Part shown: piece by piece, positions 38,400 through 51,099 of the stretch
Numbering within the stretch: position 1 is the stretch's first letter
Layout of the letters: each line of letters starts with the position of its first letter
Notes under the pieces: generated by a model
What the model was told of the DNA's origin: nothing
Databases searched by the model: none
The model's input: the letters and a program-made list of their open reading frames with translations, nothing else
Translations under genes and position numbers: made by a program
Assembly (NCBI GenBank): GCA_965287045.1
Contig: OZ336900.1
Span: forward strand, 20,398,001 to 20,462,000
DNA: 64,000 nucleotides
Reading direction: 5' to 3'
From: Carcharhinus amblyrhynchos
Lineage: Eukaryota

Positions 38400-39532
38400 A
38401 CACAGTGTGTGGTCACACCAATGCCCTGTACAGCTATAGCAAGACTTTGCAACTTTTATACTCCATCCTCCTTGCAATAAAGGTCAACATTATTGATGCC
38501 TTCCTAATTACTTGCTGTTATGCATGCTCACATGGACACCCAGATCCCTCTGTGCTGCAGCATTCAGCAATCTCTCTCCATTTAATTAATTTTCTGCTTG
38601 TTTATTCCTACCAATGTGGTAACCTCACATTTTTCCACCTATTTCATCTGCCAATATTTTTCCTATTCATTTAGTCTATCTACCTCCCTTTGCAGATTGT
38701 GTATTCTCCTCAAATCTACTTTGCTATCTATATTTATATCATCAGTAAATTTAGTTTTAATACAGTCTGTCATTTCACGCAAGTCATTAATATAGAATGG
38801 GAATAGTTGAGGCTTCTGCTGCACTCCAATAGTTACAGTTTGCCAACCTAAAAACAGGCCACGTATCCCAACTGCTTCCTGTTAAGCAATCCTGTATTCA
38901 TGGAATATATCACCATAGAAACCCAACAGTGCTAAAGGAGGCTATTCTGCCTATCGAGTCTGCACCGACTACAATCCCACCCAGGACGCTATCCCCAGAG
39001 CCCCACATACTTATGCTGCTAATCCCCTGACACTAAGGGGGAGTTTAGCACAGCCAATCAACTTAACCCGCACATCTTGGGCTGTGGGAGGAAACCAGAG
39101 CACTGGCAGGAAACCCACAGAAACATGGGGAGAACATGCAAACTCGACACAGACAGTGACCCAAGCTGGGAATCAAACCTGGGTCCCTGGCGCTGTGAAG
39201 CTGCAATGCTAATCACTGTGCCACCATACCACCGAGCAGTAACATGTAGTCTTTTTTTTTGCTGCAATTTTTGTGGCACCTTCTGGAAATTCAAATATGC
39301 TACAGGCTTGGATCACTGTCTGTGTGGAGTTTGTACATTCTTCCTGTTTCTGTGTGGGTTCCCTCCAGTTTCCTCCCACAGTCCGAAAGACGTGCTGGTT
39401 AGGTGCATTGGCCATGCTAAATTCTCCCTCAGTGTACCCAAACAGGTGCAGAAGTATGGCGACTAGGAGATTTTCACAATAATTTCATTGCAGTGTTGAT
39501 CTAAGCTTACTTGTGACTAATAAATAAATAAA
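38400..39532. mobile_element. cluster: CR1 (-) 38400-38910, HE1 SINE (-) 38913-39233, alternative-tail V-SINE (+) 39303-39532
   Basis: family motifs as in the other copies. Confidence 0.8.
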
Positions 39533-39957
39533 ATCAATCTGGTTACTAGTAGATTGCTGTTCCTGCAGTTGTTATGTGCATAAATTGGCTGCAAGGTTTT
39601 CTACACTACAGAAGTATTTAATTGATTGTGAAGCATTTTGGGACATTGTATGGTTGTAAAAGGCATTATATACCTGCAGGTTCTTTCTTCTTAGAACCTT
39701 TGGATTAGATTTCAGGATTTCATTGTATGCATTTACACAAAAATTAGCCACTTGGGCCTGGTGCCTGAGGCCTGAAACCGGGACCTCCAGGCAAGGAGAG
39801 GAGAACATTAGAATGAGAATTTTCCCGTAAATAAAATACTGTTTCACAAATACATCAGAGAAATAAATTGGAAATACTCGAGAATTCAACTCACTTTTGA
39901 GCAAAATTTGAGACCCTTGGTTATAATGCTGTTGCCATCAAGTAGCTATGTACGCAC

Positions 39958-40164
39958 CTGAATACCTAGTGCGAAGCAGGGTGGAAAGGTCCATCACTTT
40001 AATAGAGGCTGTTACACTGGGCTGGTACTTGGCCCTGAACGCAATGGCTCTTTCATCATCATCAAATAAACACTCGCAGGATGACCAAGGTGTGGTATGT
40101 AGTTCTAGGTCTCCAGTGATGGGATTTTGGAAGACCAGCAGATATCTGAAGTCCCAGACATGAC
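39958..40164 (-). CDS. SHLD2: SHLD2 coding exon, 207 bp (ELHTTPWSSCECLFDDD motif)
   Basis: ctttcag|GT...TCAG|gtgcgt; (G)HVWDFRYLLVFQNPITGDLELHTTPWSSCECLFDDDERAIAFRAKYQ...; the LELHTTPWSSCECLFDDD core matches recalled human SHLD2; phase 1-1. Confidence 0.95.
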
Positions 40165-40191
40165 CTGAAAGATCCACAGATACAGCAATAA

Positions 40192-40282
40192 CTAACACAA
40201 TGATAAGAAGAGGCAAACACAATGCTAACACAATGATAAGAAGAGGCAAACACAATGCTAACACAATGATAAGAAGAGGCAA
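40192..40282. repeat. perfect 33-bp tandem repeat, ~2.8 copies
   Basis: ctaacacaatgataagaagaggcaaacacaatg starting at 40192, 40225 and 40258. Confidence 0.95.
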
Positions 40283-41512
40283 GGTTGTCAGATTAACTGG
40301 ATGGAGACAGTAGAAATGTAGTACTGTCCATACAGAAAGGAAATCACAATTACAATGTCCAGTCTGTACTGAATTAACTGAGCTGGCCAGGCTTATTATT
40401 AAATTGCCCTGTGCATAATCATTGACCATGCAACAGCCTTATCAGCGGCTAGATGCAGTTCTTTCAGCCCACCTTCAAGTTCAAGTCAGAGGACACATCT
40501 CAACAATATGAATCATTGTTTGGATTGCACCACAACTGTAGCCTGGGTGATCTTGGCGATCCCACTGACGCTAGGTGGCTGCACAGAGGCCTTGGTTAGT
40601 CCAGAAGCCATTGAAAGGGCCCATGATTGGCATGGGAGATTAAAGTCAGGTGAACAGGTAATGGGGCATATGCTGAGAGATTGATTTTTGTTGGTCGGTT
40701 TTTCCTCCCTATCCTCCTGCTGTAGGTCCGTAGCTGTAACTCTCCAGCCTGGTGTGTTTAACCATGTGAAGGAGTGTGAGGGAAGGTGTATTGTTGGTGA
40801 ACTGAGGAGGTCAGCAAACATGATCAGTCTCGGGTTGGAGTAGAGCTTCTATAGTAGCTTGCCTCATGATGTTCGGGGAGAGGAGGACTTGGGTGGAGTT
40901 GCGCAATGCTGCTCAGAACTGGGAGCTAAGGGAGGCGAGTTGGTCATTGATTAACCTGTAATGATACAACTGTTGAGTTGATGGCAGATTGGTATCATTC
41001 TGGGGTGCAGTATTCTGCACTCGAGTACATGATGGCAAGGGCAGAAATCATTGGGCCTATAGTCCCAATGCAATACTGGATAGTTTATTGAGGAAGTTGT
41101 TGTGGATTTTATTTTTTTCTGCAGTCTTGTTGAGGTGTCTGTACTGTTATAGCACGGCAGATGCTAAGTGCCAAGCTGCTCAAATCGCAAAATGAAACTT
41201 GAAACAGCTGCCAGAATGGTTTTGCAATTTGAATATTGTAAGTTTTTCTGAAATCGGGAGGTAATTTCTCAGACCAATTGCAATGATTTTATATTAAAGT
41301 TACACATTTGTTAAAGTTAATTAAAACACAAGAATACCTTCACACACTTTTTAAATCTTTCCAAACTGATCTTTGCATGAATACACACCCATTCTTTAGT
41401 GATTTCTTAAATACGTTTTCTTAAATATGTTTTCTAAATTACTTTGTACAATCCTTTAGAAGTTTCATGTTCCCAGAATCAATCAATCCCCTTTTGTTTA
41501 CTTTATGGTGAC

Positions 41513-42131
41513 TGTTATGGTTCAGATTAGAAACTCCAAAGTATTATATGGAGTCTGCCTTGATCCTAAGTTTGCAACTTGAATTTGGCCAGCGTAAGCA
41601 TGAGATGTTTCACCTCAGATATGATTCAAGTGACCCACTAGGGGGGCTTTTATCAAACAAAGTTTATTTAAGAATATAGTTAACATGTATGGTAAGAAAA
41701 TTAGAAAGAGCTTTTAGCAATTACAAACAAAAAACAAGCAAACATGACAATGTATAACCCTCAAGATATCTGCAATATTCCAATCAAACCAATCCCGTAG
41801 ACAAAATGCCCTTTTTCACAGGATTAACAGTACATTCTAATGCTTACATGATACTAGAAATTGAGTTCTTTGGTTGAAGTCTACAGTTCTCTGGTTTCAC
41901 TCTGAACAGGTTCCCAGACCAGAAAGACCTCCCCACAGAAATACCTGAAAATGGAGACGTCTCCCTTCTGGGAGGTCATCCCCCCCAACTTACCACAGCA
42001 CACATTCTGTACAACATAAAACAAGAGTACAAATGCATTCAGAAAAGGAGGCATCTCTGGTCAAGCCCCATGAGCAGATTTTCTACTCCAGGAAGGCTTT
42101 CAGCTAAAGAGCAAAATTTCCCAAAACCAGT

Positions 42132-42198
<67 letters not shown>

Positions 42199-42494
42199 GT
42201 TTCAGTCTGATGTCCACTCCCTTCTCCCTTTCTGAAACACTGCTGCAGCCAAAAATGGAAAATGAAACCTTGAATTCCCTAGGATGGGGGGAGAAAAAAG
42301 CTTCACCAGAACTCATGACCTTCCTCCGAACAATGAAGACCCATAATACCAATCCCAGAGTAAACATAAATAACCCCAATTTAAGCAATAAATGGACATC
42401 TCCAGACAAGCTGGTAACAAATGACATCAGCTAAGCTGTGAGCTGCAGAAACCATGATTAAAAAAAACTTTCTTAAAGGCACACTAACATCACA
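41513..42494 (-). mobile_element. solo LTR (982 bp) with internal (GA)n at ~42135-42195
   Basis: TGTTATG...CATCACA termini; 5-bp TSD GTGAC at 41508-41512 and 42495-42499; AATAAA on the minus strand near 41663. Confidence 0.85.
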
Positions 42495-43359
42495 GTGACT
42501 ATACTTTAAAAGTAAACTTACATTATCTTTGCTTCATCTATTTGCAATCTTCCAATTTGTATATGTTCCCCATTGAAACACAACAGCCAGCTTGTTTTGC
42601 TGCCTTATGCAAATTTTTATCCAAATTCCCTTGGCTTCCTCTGTTTAACACAATATCAAACCAACTGCAATCGCACCCATCTCACTGTCGTTTGACTTTT
42701 GTCGTCTTTCTCTCTCTACTCCAATTAAACCAGTCAGATCCACAAGCCTACTGTCCAGTAAACGAGAAAATGATATTACAAAGGAAAATATATCAAAACT
42801 CTTGTTTTCCTGAATGTACGTGAGGGTCACCATGGCGGTAATGGATCAGCATTCTCATCACAGTATCCAGTCTGCACAGGAGAAGCCAATGATCCTCCTA
42901 GGGTATTAAATTTAACAAGTCTGCATTTGAAGAACCCTGGTATCACAGAATCAAAAATTGCCAAGATTAATGAACACGACTTACTGAATGGAAAATTAAG
43001 CCATGGATCCCGCTTATCAAACGCCATTGATCTTTTACATTGTGTGAAGCTTGTAAATTCACCACTCATTTCTTAGTTAAATGGCCCAAGAACTCTCTGT
43101 ATCTCAATTTACCAAAGAGGAAGCAACAGTTCCAGAATCAGTGGAAGAAACTGGGTCGGGAAACAGGCTTTCCATTGTTTAATTATCCTTACACAGCAAT
43201 GTTTACGAACTATATTCACACCTTACAGAAACTGTGCCTCATTAACTCAAGGACAATGCCTACTTATACCATTCCTAATTATCCCAGGTCACTCCTTACA
43301 CATGCTGTTCATCATTCTCCCTCAGTCACTCATATTTCCAGATGTTAAGTTTCACTTAC

Positions 43360-43494
43360 CCAATTTCTTTTGGATCTGAGCATGCCAGGTTGTCCCATTT
43401 CCCCAAAGTGTTAGCGTGCCTGGTTGCCCTTTGACTTGCTCCACGCTCAACACTATTTTCTGTCGCTCCTTCCCACGATATGTGTAGGTGTTCT
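43360..43494 (-). CDS. SHLD2: SHLD2 coding exon, 135 bp (not in the ORF track)
   Basis: atacag|AG...TTGG|gtaagt; (E)NTYTYRGKERQKIVLSVEQVKGQPGTLTLWGNGTTWHAQIQKKL vs human [45 protein letters not shown]; phase 1-1. Confidence 0.93.
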
Positions 43495-44504
43495 CTGTAT
43501 GCAAGATAATGTTACATTACACAGTGCACCACCAGCAGCAGTAACTCAAAAGTACTTTATCGAACAAAATCACAAAATGACGGGAATATTTGAATCTGTT
43601 TGTTAATGATCCCTGTTTGGACGTCACATGATAAATACTGAATTGGCCCTCAGCCAACACCCAAACACATTTTGTAGCTAGATCAGACAGCAATCAGAAA
43701 GAGACCCCCGGTGGATTAGCTCTTCCCTAATCCTCCTAGTTCTTTTGGAAAGGGCGGGGGGGTTCCTGTTCTGACCTTCCATTATTTCATTAACAACAAA
43801 ATCTAACAATGAAAGCTGTACAAGGTTTAACTTGAAATGTCTCTAATGTGAGGAACCCTTGATTCAGTACAATGAAGGTCAGAAAGAACTACTGATTTAC
43901 ATCAAAAACCACTATTTCAGAGTATCGGGTAGGAATGCAGCCTTTCACCTCCAAGTCAAAGTTTAAAGGAAACTTAAAAGAAACACTTGGTTTTATATTT
44001 TATGACCTCAGGAACTTCTAAAATGCTTTACAACCACTGAAGTACTTTTGAAGCGTAATCACAGTTGTAATGTAAGAAACCAAAATGGCAAGGTACCACT
44101 AACAGCAATGTGATAATGACCGGATACTAAGTATTAGTAATGTTGATTGAAAGTTGTCTACAGGATCATGGGACGAATTACAGAATGGTGACAACGCAGA
44201 AAGAGACCATTCACTTATATCCATGCTGACTCTCCGCAAGAGCATCTCATCTAGTCCCACTTCTTCCGCCTTTTCCCTATTGATCTGAAAATGTTCTCTC
44301 TTCATGTGCTTATAAAACTCCCCTGCAAAAGTCATGATTGAATCTGCCTCCACTAGGTCTCAGGCAGTACATTCCAGATTCTAAACACTGTTGCATAAAA
44401 ATATTTTTCTTCAAATGTTTGTTCATGTATTTTAATATCTCCTTTTGTGTTAGGGTCAAATTTGATCCAGTAACACTCCTGTGCAGCTTGGACTGTTTTA
44501 TTAA

Positions 44505-44932
44505 TGATGTGGAGATGCTGGCATTGGACTGGGGTAAGCACAGTAAGAAGTCTCACAGGTAAAAGTCCTGATGTCGATATGCACAGGTAAAAGTCCGACA
44601 GGTTTATTTGGCAGCACCAGCTTTCGAAGCCTCAAGCTCCTTCTTCAGTGAGAGAGGACTTGTGTTCACAAACAGAGCATACAAAGACACAAACTCAATT
44701 TACAAGATAATAGTTGGAATGTGAGTCTTTACAGGTCATCAAGTCTTAAAGGTACAGACAATGTGAGTGGAAAGAGGGTTAAGCACAGGTTAAATAGATG
44801 TGTACTGTCTCCAGCCAGGACTGTTAGTGAGATTTTGCAAGCCCGGGCAAGTTGTGGGGGTTACAGATAGTGTGACATGAACCCAAGATCCCGGTTGAGG
44901 CTGTCCTCATGTGTGCAGAACTTGGCTGTCAG
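44505..44932 (-). mobile_element. Penelope-like element 3' end with GIY-YIG C-terminus
   Basis: reverse strand reads LTAKFCTHEDSLNRDLGFMSHYL*, then 3' UTR, degenerate hammerhead and tail. Confidence 0.85.
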
Positions 44933-45704
44933 TGGGCTTGGCTACTATGTTTTATTAAGTCAGAGAGACTACATAAACGCAAATTGCTGTTGCTTCTCAG
45001 TGGGGAGTGTTCCGTTCTCAAGCAGTAATGTCCCTCACTATGATGGACATAAAAGCTTTTCTCTGTACTGAATGTGGTTGACTCTCAGCAACTCTCTGAA
45101 ATGGCCTAAGCAAGCCACTCGGTTATCAGCACCACCTTCTCAAGGGCAACAAGAGATGGGCAATAAACGCTGGCTTAGTCAGTGACACTCATGCCCACAA
45201 ATGAATTAAAAAAAACAGATGGAAGCCAACCCTTGATTGGTAAATGCACCTCTACTTCGGAAATCAACAACTTGTATTTATTTTACACTTAACACAGCAA
45301 AACGTCTCAAGGTGCCTTTCAAGAGTGACACAATAAAAAAAATTGCAGCAAGACACGGAAGATGCCATATCAGATCACCAGAAAAAACTTGGATATAGAG
45401 ATCAAAAAATCAGCTGTGTTTGATTTTGAGCCTGTACTGAATCAGATAAGAAATAGCCAGAGAAAGAATGACATCACTATCCAGGATTCCCATTCCTCTT
45501 CAGAGGCCAACGCTGAGAGCTGCTCTTGTCCATGGTTAAATAGCTTAATTGCCACACTCTTTGTCTAGTGCTCACAAAATAACTGTTTGGATAAGGTTTT
45601 AGGGTGGGAGGTAGCATGGGAAGGAGTGGGTTCCTATGGATTTTTGCTCGTTTAAGAAGACAAAGGGAACTAACATCGGGAAAAAATTTGGAGAGAGCAC
45701 AGAC

Positions 45705-45899
45705 CTGAGAGCACAGTGATGAGGGCAACTTTGAGTCGTGCATGTACCACCATGCCTGGTTGCAGTTTATAAATGCTCACATACTGCATGGACTCAAGAT
45801 GCTGATGGTTTGTGGGCTCCACTGGCAAAAGATGGGAATGCTGAGCTGAAATATATGCTATAAGCTCCTTCAGTGCCATTGCATTCACCGTTTGGGACC
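45705..45899 (-). CDS. SHLD2: SHLD2 coding exon, 195 bp
   Basis: ttctaag|GG...TCAG|gtctgt; (W)SQTVNAMALKELIAYISAQHSHLLPVEPTNHQHLESMQYVSIYKLQPGMVVHARLKVALITVLS vs human VLQDLLAYVSSKHSYL...LQPDVLVHAVLRV; phase 1-1. Confidence 0.92.
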
Positions 45900-46264
45900 C
45901 TTAGAAACAAAACATTCAAGAAAAGTTAGTGCAGTTCATACAGATAAATGTCCAACAGGCAAAATGTACAAGTTAGAGCTACACAAATAAACTGATAACA
46001 CTCTTGAACAAGCATTGATGGAAGACATTTAGACCAGGTTACAAAGATTAGAACGGAAACTGAACGAACAGCGTTCCTGTTCAAAGATCCAAGTATAGCA
46101 GTTGCTAATAACAGACAGAAGCAGCATCCAATTGACTTCAGGATCATGTCATTCAATCTAATGCTTTCAATCTGGGTCACCTCACTCAATCCAGTGCCTT
46201 TAACAGCAACATGCAAGGACCTAACCTAAACAGGCTTTAATTCGATTAACAATACTAACCATCT

Positions 46265-46700
46265 GAATCCTAATTGAGATTTGGCCTCAGTCAACCATAG
46301 TCTCAATACCTAGACTCACTCTGAACTCCAGTCTCAACACCCAGACTTGTGCCAAACTCAAGTTAAACATGCAGATACGTCCTAAATCACAGACTTAATT
46401 TCCACAGCTGACCTGAATCTCAGCCTCAACATCTAGATTCGTCCTAAACTCCAATCTTAAAAGTTAAAGTTTATTTATTGGTCACAAGTACGGCTTACAT
46501 TAATATTGCAATGAAGTTACTGTGAAATTCCCCTAGTCGCACACTCCGGCACCTATTACACCTAGGCTTGCTCTAAATTCAATTTAAACATGCAGATATA
46601 TCCTAAACCACAGACTTAAAATCCAGACTTGCTCTGAATCTCAGTCTCAACAATCAAACTCATCCTGAATCTTAATCTTGACAAACAGCTTCTGAATGCC
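46265..46700. repeat. old ~31-bp tandem repeat interrupted by a V-SINE tail (-, 46460-46555)
   Basis: recurring tctcaacacccagacttgtcctaaactc-like units. Confidence 0.65.
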
Positions 46701-47054
46701 AGCTTCAAATGACAATCACATTTATCAGTCCTTAATGCTGACTTCACTTTTTCTGACCTTCCCCAGCTCTCAAACATTCCTCATGAGTAGGACTAATCCA
46801 TTACAAATTCTACAGAATAAATTATAAGTGATTAGACTGACATCAAGGTTACAGAGGTGGCTGTGAAGTTTCATTGCCAATATTGACTTACACAAGAGCA
46901 AAGTATCAGCAGGAGTAGAGCATTGGCTCCTCGTGCCTGCTCCATCTTTGAGTACAATCATGGCAGATCTTAGGCTTCAACTTCACTTGCCCACCTTCTC
47001 CTCATTTCCCTTGATCCCCTGAGAGACCAAAAATCTGTCTATCCTTTAAATGTA

Positions 47055-48285
47055 TTCGAATGAACTTGAATGCATTTTTCGAGGAAGTGACAAAGATGAT
47101 TGATGAGGGTAGGGCAGTGGATGTTGTCTACGTGGACTTCAGTAAGGCCTTTGACAAGGTCCCTCGTGGCAGACTGGTGCAGGAGGTGAAGTTGCATGGA
47201 ATCAGAGGTGAGCTGGCGAGGCAGATACAAAACTGGCTTGGTCGAAGAAGACAGAGGGTAGCAGTGGAAGGGTGTGTTTCTAAATGGAGGGCTGTGGCAA
47301 GTGATGTTCCTCAGGGATCAGTGGTGGGACCTTTGCTGTTTGTAATATATACACATAAATGATTTTGAGGAAAACGTAACTGGATTGATTAGCAAGTTTG
47401 CGGACGACACAAAGGTTGGTGGATTTGCGGATAGCGATGAAGACCATCAGAGGATACAGCAGGATATAGATCAGTTGGAGATTTGGGCAGAGAGATGGCA
47501 GATGGAGTTTAATCTGGACAAATGTGAGGTAATGCATTTTGGAAGGTCTAATACAGATAGGAAATATATAGTAAATAGCAGGACCCTTAACAGTATTGAT
47601 AGGCAAAGGGATCCGGGTGTACAGGTACACAGGTCACCGAAAGTGGCAATGCAGGTGGAGAAGATAGTCAAGAAGGCATACGGCATGCTTGCCTTCATCG
47701 GCCGGGTATGGAGTTTAAAAATTGGCAAGTCATGTTGCAGCTTTATAGAATCTTAGTTAGGCCACATTTGAAATATACTGTTCAATTCTGGTCGCCACAC
47801 TACCAGAAGGATGTGGAGGCTTTGGAAAGGGTACAGAAAATATTTACCAGGATGTTGCCTAGTATATAGAGTGCATTAGCTACGATGAAAGGTTGTAGAA
47901 ACTTGGTTTGTTCTCACTGGAGGTTGAAGGGAGACTCGATAGAAGTCTACAAGATTATGAGAGGCATGGAAAGAGTGGATAGTCAGAAGCTTCTTCCTGG
48001 GATGGAAGAGTCAATTACGAGGCAGCATAGGTTTAAGGTGCGAGGGGCAAGGTTTAAAGAACATGTACAAGGCAGATTTTTTACACAGAGAGTAGTGGGT
48101 GCCTGGAACTCATTACTGGGAGAGATAGTGGAAACGGATAGTGATTTTTAAGGGGTGTCATGACAAGTACATGAATAGGATGGGAATAGAGGGATCTGAT
48201 CCCCAGAAGGGTAGGGGGTTTTAGTTAAGTTGGGCAGCATAGTCAGTGCAGGCTTGGAGGGCTGTAATTTTCTTTGTTCTTTGAT
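47055..48285 (+). mobile_element. CR1 RT-to-3' UTR fragment
   Basis: VDFSKAFDKVP, VPQGSVVGP, KFADDTK, FFTQRVVGAWNSL; several frameshifts. Confidence 0.92.
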
Positions 48286-48558
48286 AGAGTTTCTTGAGAC
48301 ACCAGCATAACAGTCTAATTCTGACAACTTGAGACTTCACTCTGGTACTGGAGTCTGGTGAAAATTACTCTTTATAATTATCACTCTGATTGGAAGTGAA
48401 ATCATTCAAGCTTTGTTATCTCAGTAGCAGGCTCTCAGCAAAAGCACTGCTGCAGTTTAATTTAGTCAAGTATTGAACTTTCTCCTGCATTTTGCATCCA
48501 ACCTCAGGTACACAAGTGTTAATGCCCTTTTTTCTCATGCTAAGAATAAAACACTCAC

Positions 48559-48666
48559 ACTGTGCAGTCTGAATCTGTAAGTAGGGACCCAACTTGATCA
48601 TTTTACTCCTTGGAGTGGACTGCAACAACTCCTCTCCCTGCCACTGGTTGTGATGTACAGCAACAT
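48559..48666 (-). CDS. SHLD2: SHLD2 coding exon (OB-fold region), 108 bp
   Basis: tttcag|AT...CAGT|gtgagt; translates (D)VAVHHNQWQGEELLQSTPRSKMIKLGPYLQIQTAQ, matching recalled human [36 protein letters not shown]; phase 1-1. Confidence 0.9.
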
Positions 48667-49589
48667 CTGAAAGAACAAAAACACAAACAAATCACCCATC
48701 AATACAAGGGAACCTTGATGCCACCCCTCCTGTCAAAATATTCAAGGGATTGTTTTTCACTTATACGCATGCTTTCAGCCTGATTGAGAATTTTAACAGC
48801 CCAAAAGATATTTGCAGTAAAGTTGAGGTGCTATTTTTGTTTTCCAATTGTAAATATGCAGACACTGGAAAAATCGCTGGCTTCAACAGCACTAAGGAGA
48901 TACTGATTACCTACTTTTATATTAACGAACCTGGATTGCATTTACGCGCATGGAGTTAGTACATCCATTTAGATCACAATATGTTTTGCTTCCTTAAAGT
49001 GCTCTACTTAAGATAGCTCATTCTGCATCTGGAACACTAAATTAGAAATCATTACATTTATCCCTTAAATTTTTAAAGGAATTTGTGTAAATCAATACTT
49101 TCAGAAGAGGTGGTTTAGGGGAGAAAAATCACTTTGTAAATTATAACACAAACTATCTCCCCTTCGCTCAGAGGGCAGCACTCTCGCCTCATGCCCCACT
49201 GGAGGTTTAAGCAAATATTTTAGTCTGGCACTGCAGTGTAATATTGAGTTGTGCTATAGGAGTTGCTATCTTTCAGACAAGGCATTAAACATTGATCTGT
49301 GAAGGTAATAGATGCCAAGTAAATTCAAACAAACAAAAAGAGAATTCTTGGTGCTGCAGACAATATTTTTCCTTCAGTCAATTCCACTTAAAAGGACCAA
49401 TTCAAGGCTATTCATCTCATTTGCTGTTTGTGGGTTACTCCTGTAAATTACCTGTCCGAGGTATAATAGAGATCCTGCTTCAACTGTAAGGCATTGGATC
49501 CATGAAATGAAAAATTCAAGGTACATTTCAGTTCTTGTTCTAATGTATGAAGTTTCTAAACCACAAACTCAGTTTGCTAGACACTAATT

Positions 49590-50480
49590 CCAACCCTTTC
49601 CCCGAAGCTGAGGCTGAACAAAACTATTCACAATCTTGGTGTCATACCTGACCTTGAGATGAGCATCCAGCCACAAGTTCACGCCATCACCAGGACCATC
49701 TATGTTCACTATTGTAACATCCCCCATCTCCGCCTCAGCTCATTTTATGCTGAACTCTTCTTTTTGTTTCCCTTCGAGGCTTAGTTATTACAATGTGCTC
49801 CATTCTCAATAACAATATTACAATAACCTCCATTCTTCCACAGTCCTGTTCATCAAAAACTCAGCTGTAGTAACCTAATTTCCCTCACCTATCTTCCCTG
49901 TGTTTGTTGCCCTACATTGCCTCCATTTGCCAACACCTCAAATTAAAAATTTCACCCTTATTTCAAATCCTCCAAGGCCTGGGTTGGGGCCAGGTGGTGG
50001 TGGTGCAGCATGGTGGGGGGTCAGCACTTCACAGTGCCAGGAGCCTGGGTTCAATCCTCAGCTTGGGTTGCTGTCTCTGTGGAGTCTGCACATTATCCCT
50101 GTGCATTGTGTGGGTTTCCTCCAGGTGCTCTGGTTCTCTCCCACAGTCTGAAAGACACGTTGGTTAGCTGCATTGCCATGCTAAATTCTCCCTCACTGGC
50201 ACTGGAGTGTGGTGACTAAGGGAGTTTCACAGTAACTTCATTGCACTGTTAATGTAAGCCTACTTGTGACACTCATCAATAAACTTAAACTCTCTGTCAT
50301 CTCCTTCAGCCGTACAACCCTCTCAGATTTCTGCACTTCTCGATATATGGCCTCTTGCTCATAAGTGGCTTGGTTGTCAAATTTTCTTTGATGATATTCC
50401 TTTGAAGTACCTTGGGGCATGTTACTATGTTAGAAGTATATTTATAGAAAGATATACAAATGCAAAATGTTACTCATTGC
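49590..50480 (+). mobile_element. L2 fragment with an inserted V-SINE (50005-50290)
   Basis: NLGVI.D.E.S..P motif and L2 tail; SINE head and tail. Confidence 0.7.
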
Positions 50481-51099
50481 CACTCAGGGTTCAGTTGAAC
50501 TTTAACAACCTGAGCAGCAAGCAACAGGATTTACCCATTAGAAAACAGAAAGATTTCCTGTGCACTGATCCAAAATTGTGCACTCATTTCTAACGAATGG
50601 GTTTACTCCTTGTGCACAGAGTAATATTTCTGCTGTATTTAATGTGAGTGTTTCTCCTTTCTGTGCCCAGCAACCGCACCCCCCCGCCCCCACCCCATAT
50701 TCAGCAGAGGACTGCAGTTTATCAAGATTCATCAAAAATGCAACTTCCTACCATTATACACCAAATTCTGTGCAAAGCAATTGTAATGATGCCTCCATTA
50801 CTACTGTATGATAACTAAAAGGATGAGAGATTAGTCCACTGATTTTAACTTAACATCTATGCCCTGAAGTCAAGGCTGCCTCATCTCACATTCCAACACT
50901 CACAGCACCTCCATGCACTGTGTTTGGCTGATAAACCCACCTGTACAACAGGATATAAACTGATTATAAATATAAGCTTGTTGCTCTCTTTTTCTCCTGA
51001 AAGTGTTGGGGTACAACCTACTCGTGCCAGCTACCTTCAAGTACCTCACCAAAGTGAGGAAGAAGAACCTGAACTAATGTAGCATTTTTCACAAAGTCA

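Noticed and set aside
40165-40429. Hydrophobic N-terminal part of ORF 39938-40429 as a transmembrane domain of SHLD2
   Set aside because: It lies upstream of the conserved acceptor and comes from the 33-bp repeat; intronic unless alternative acceptors are demonstrated.
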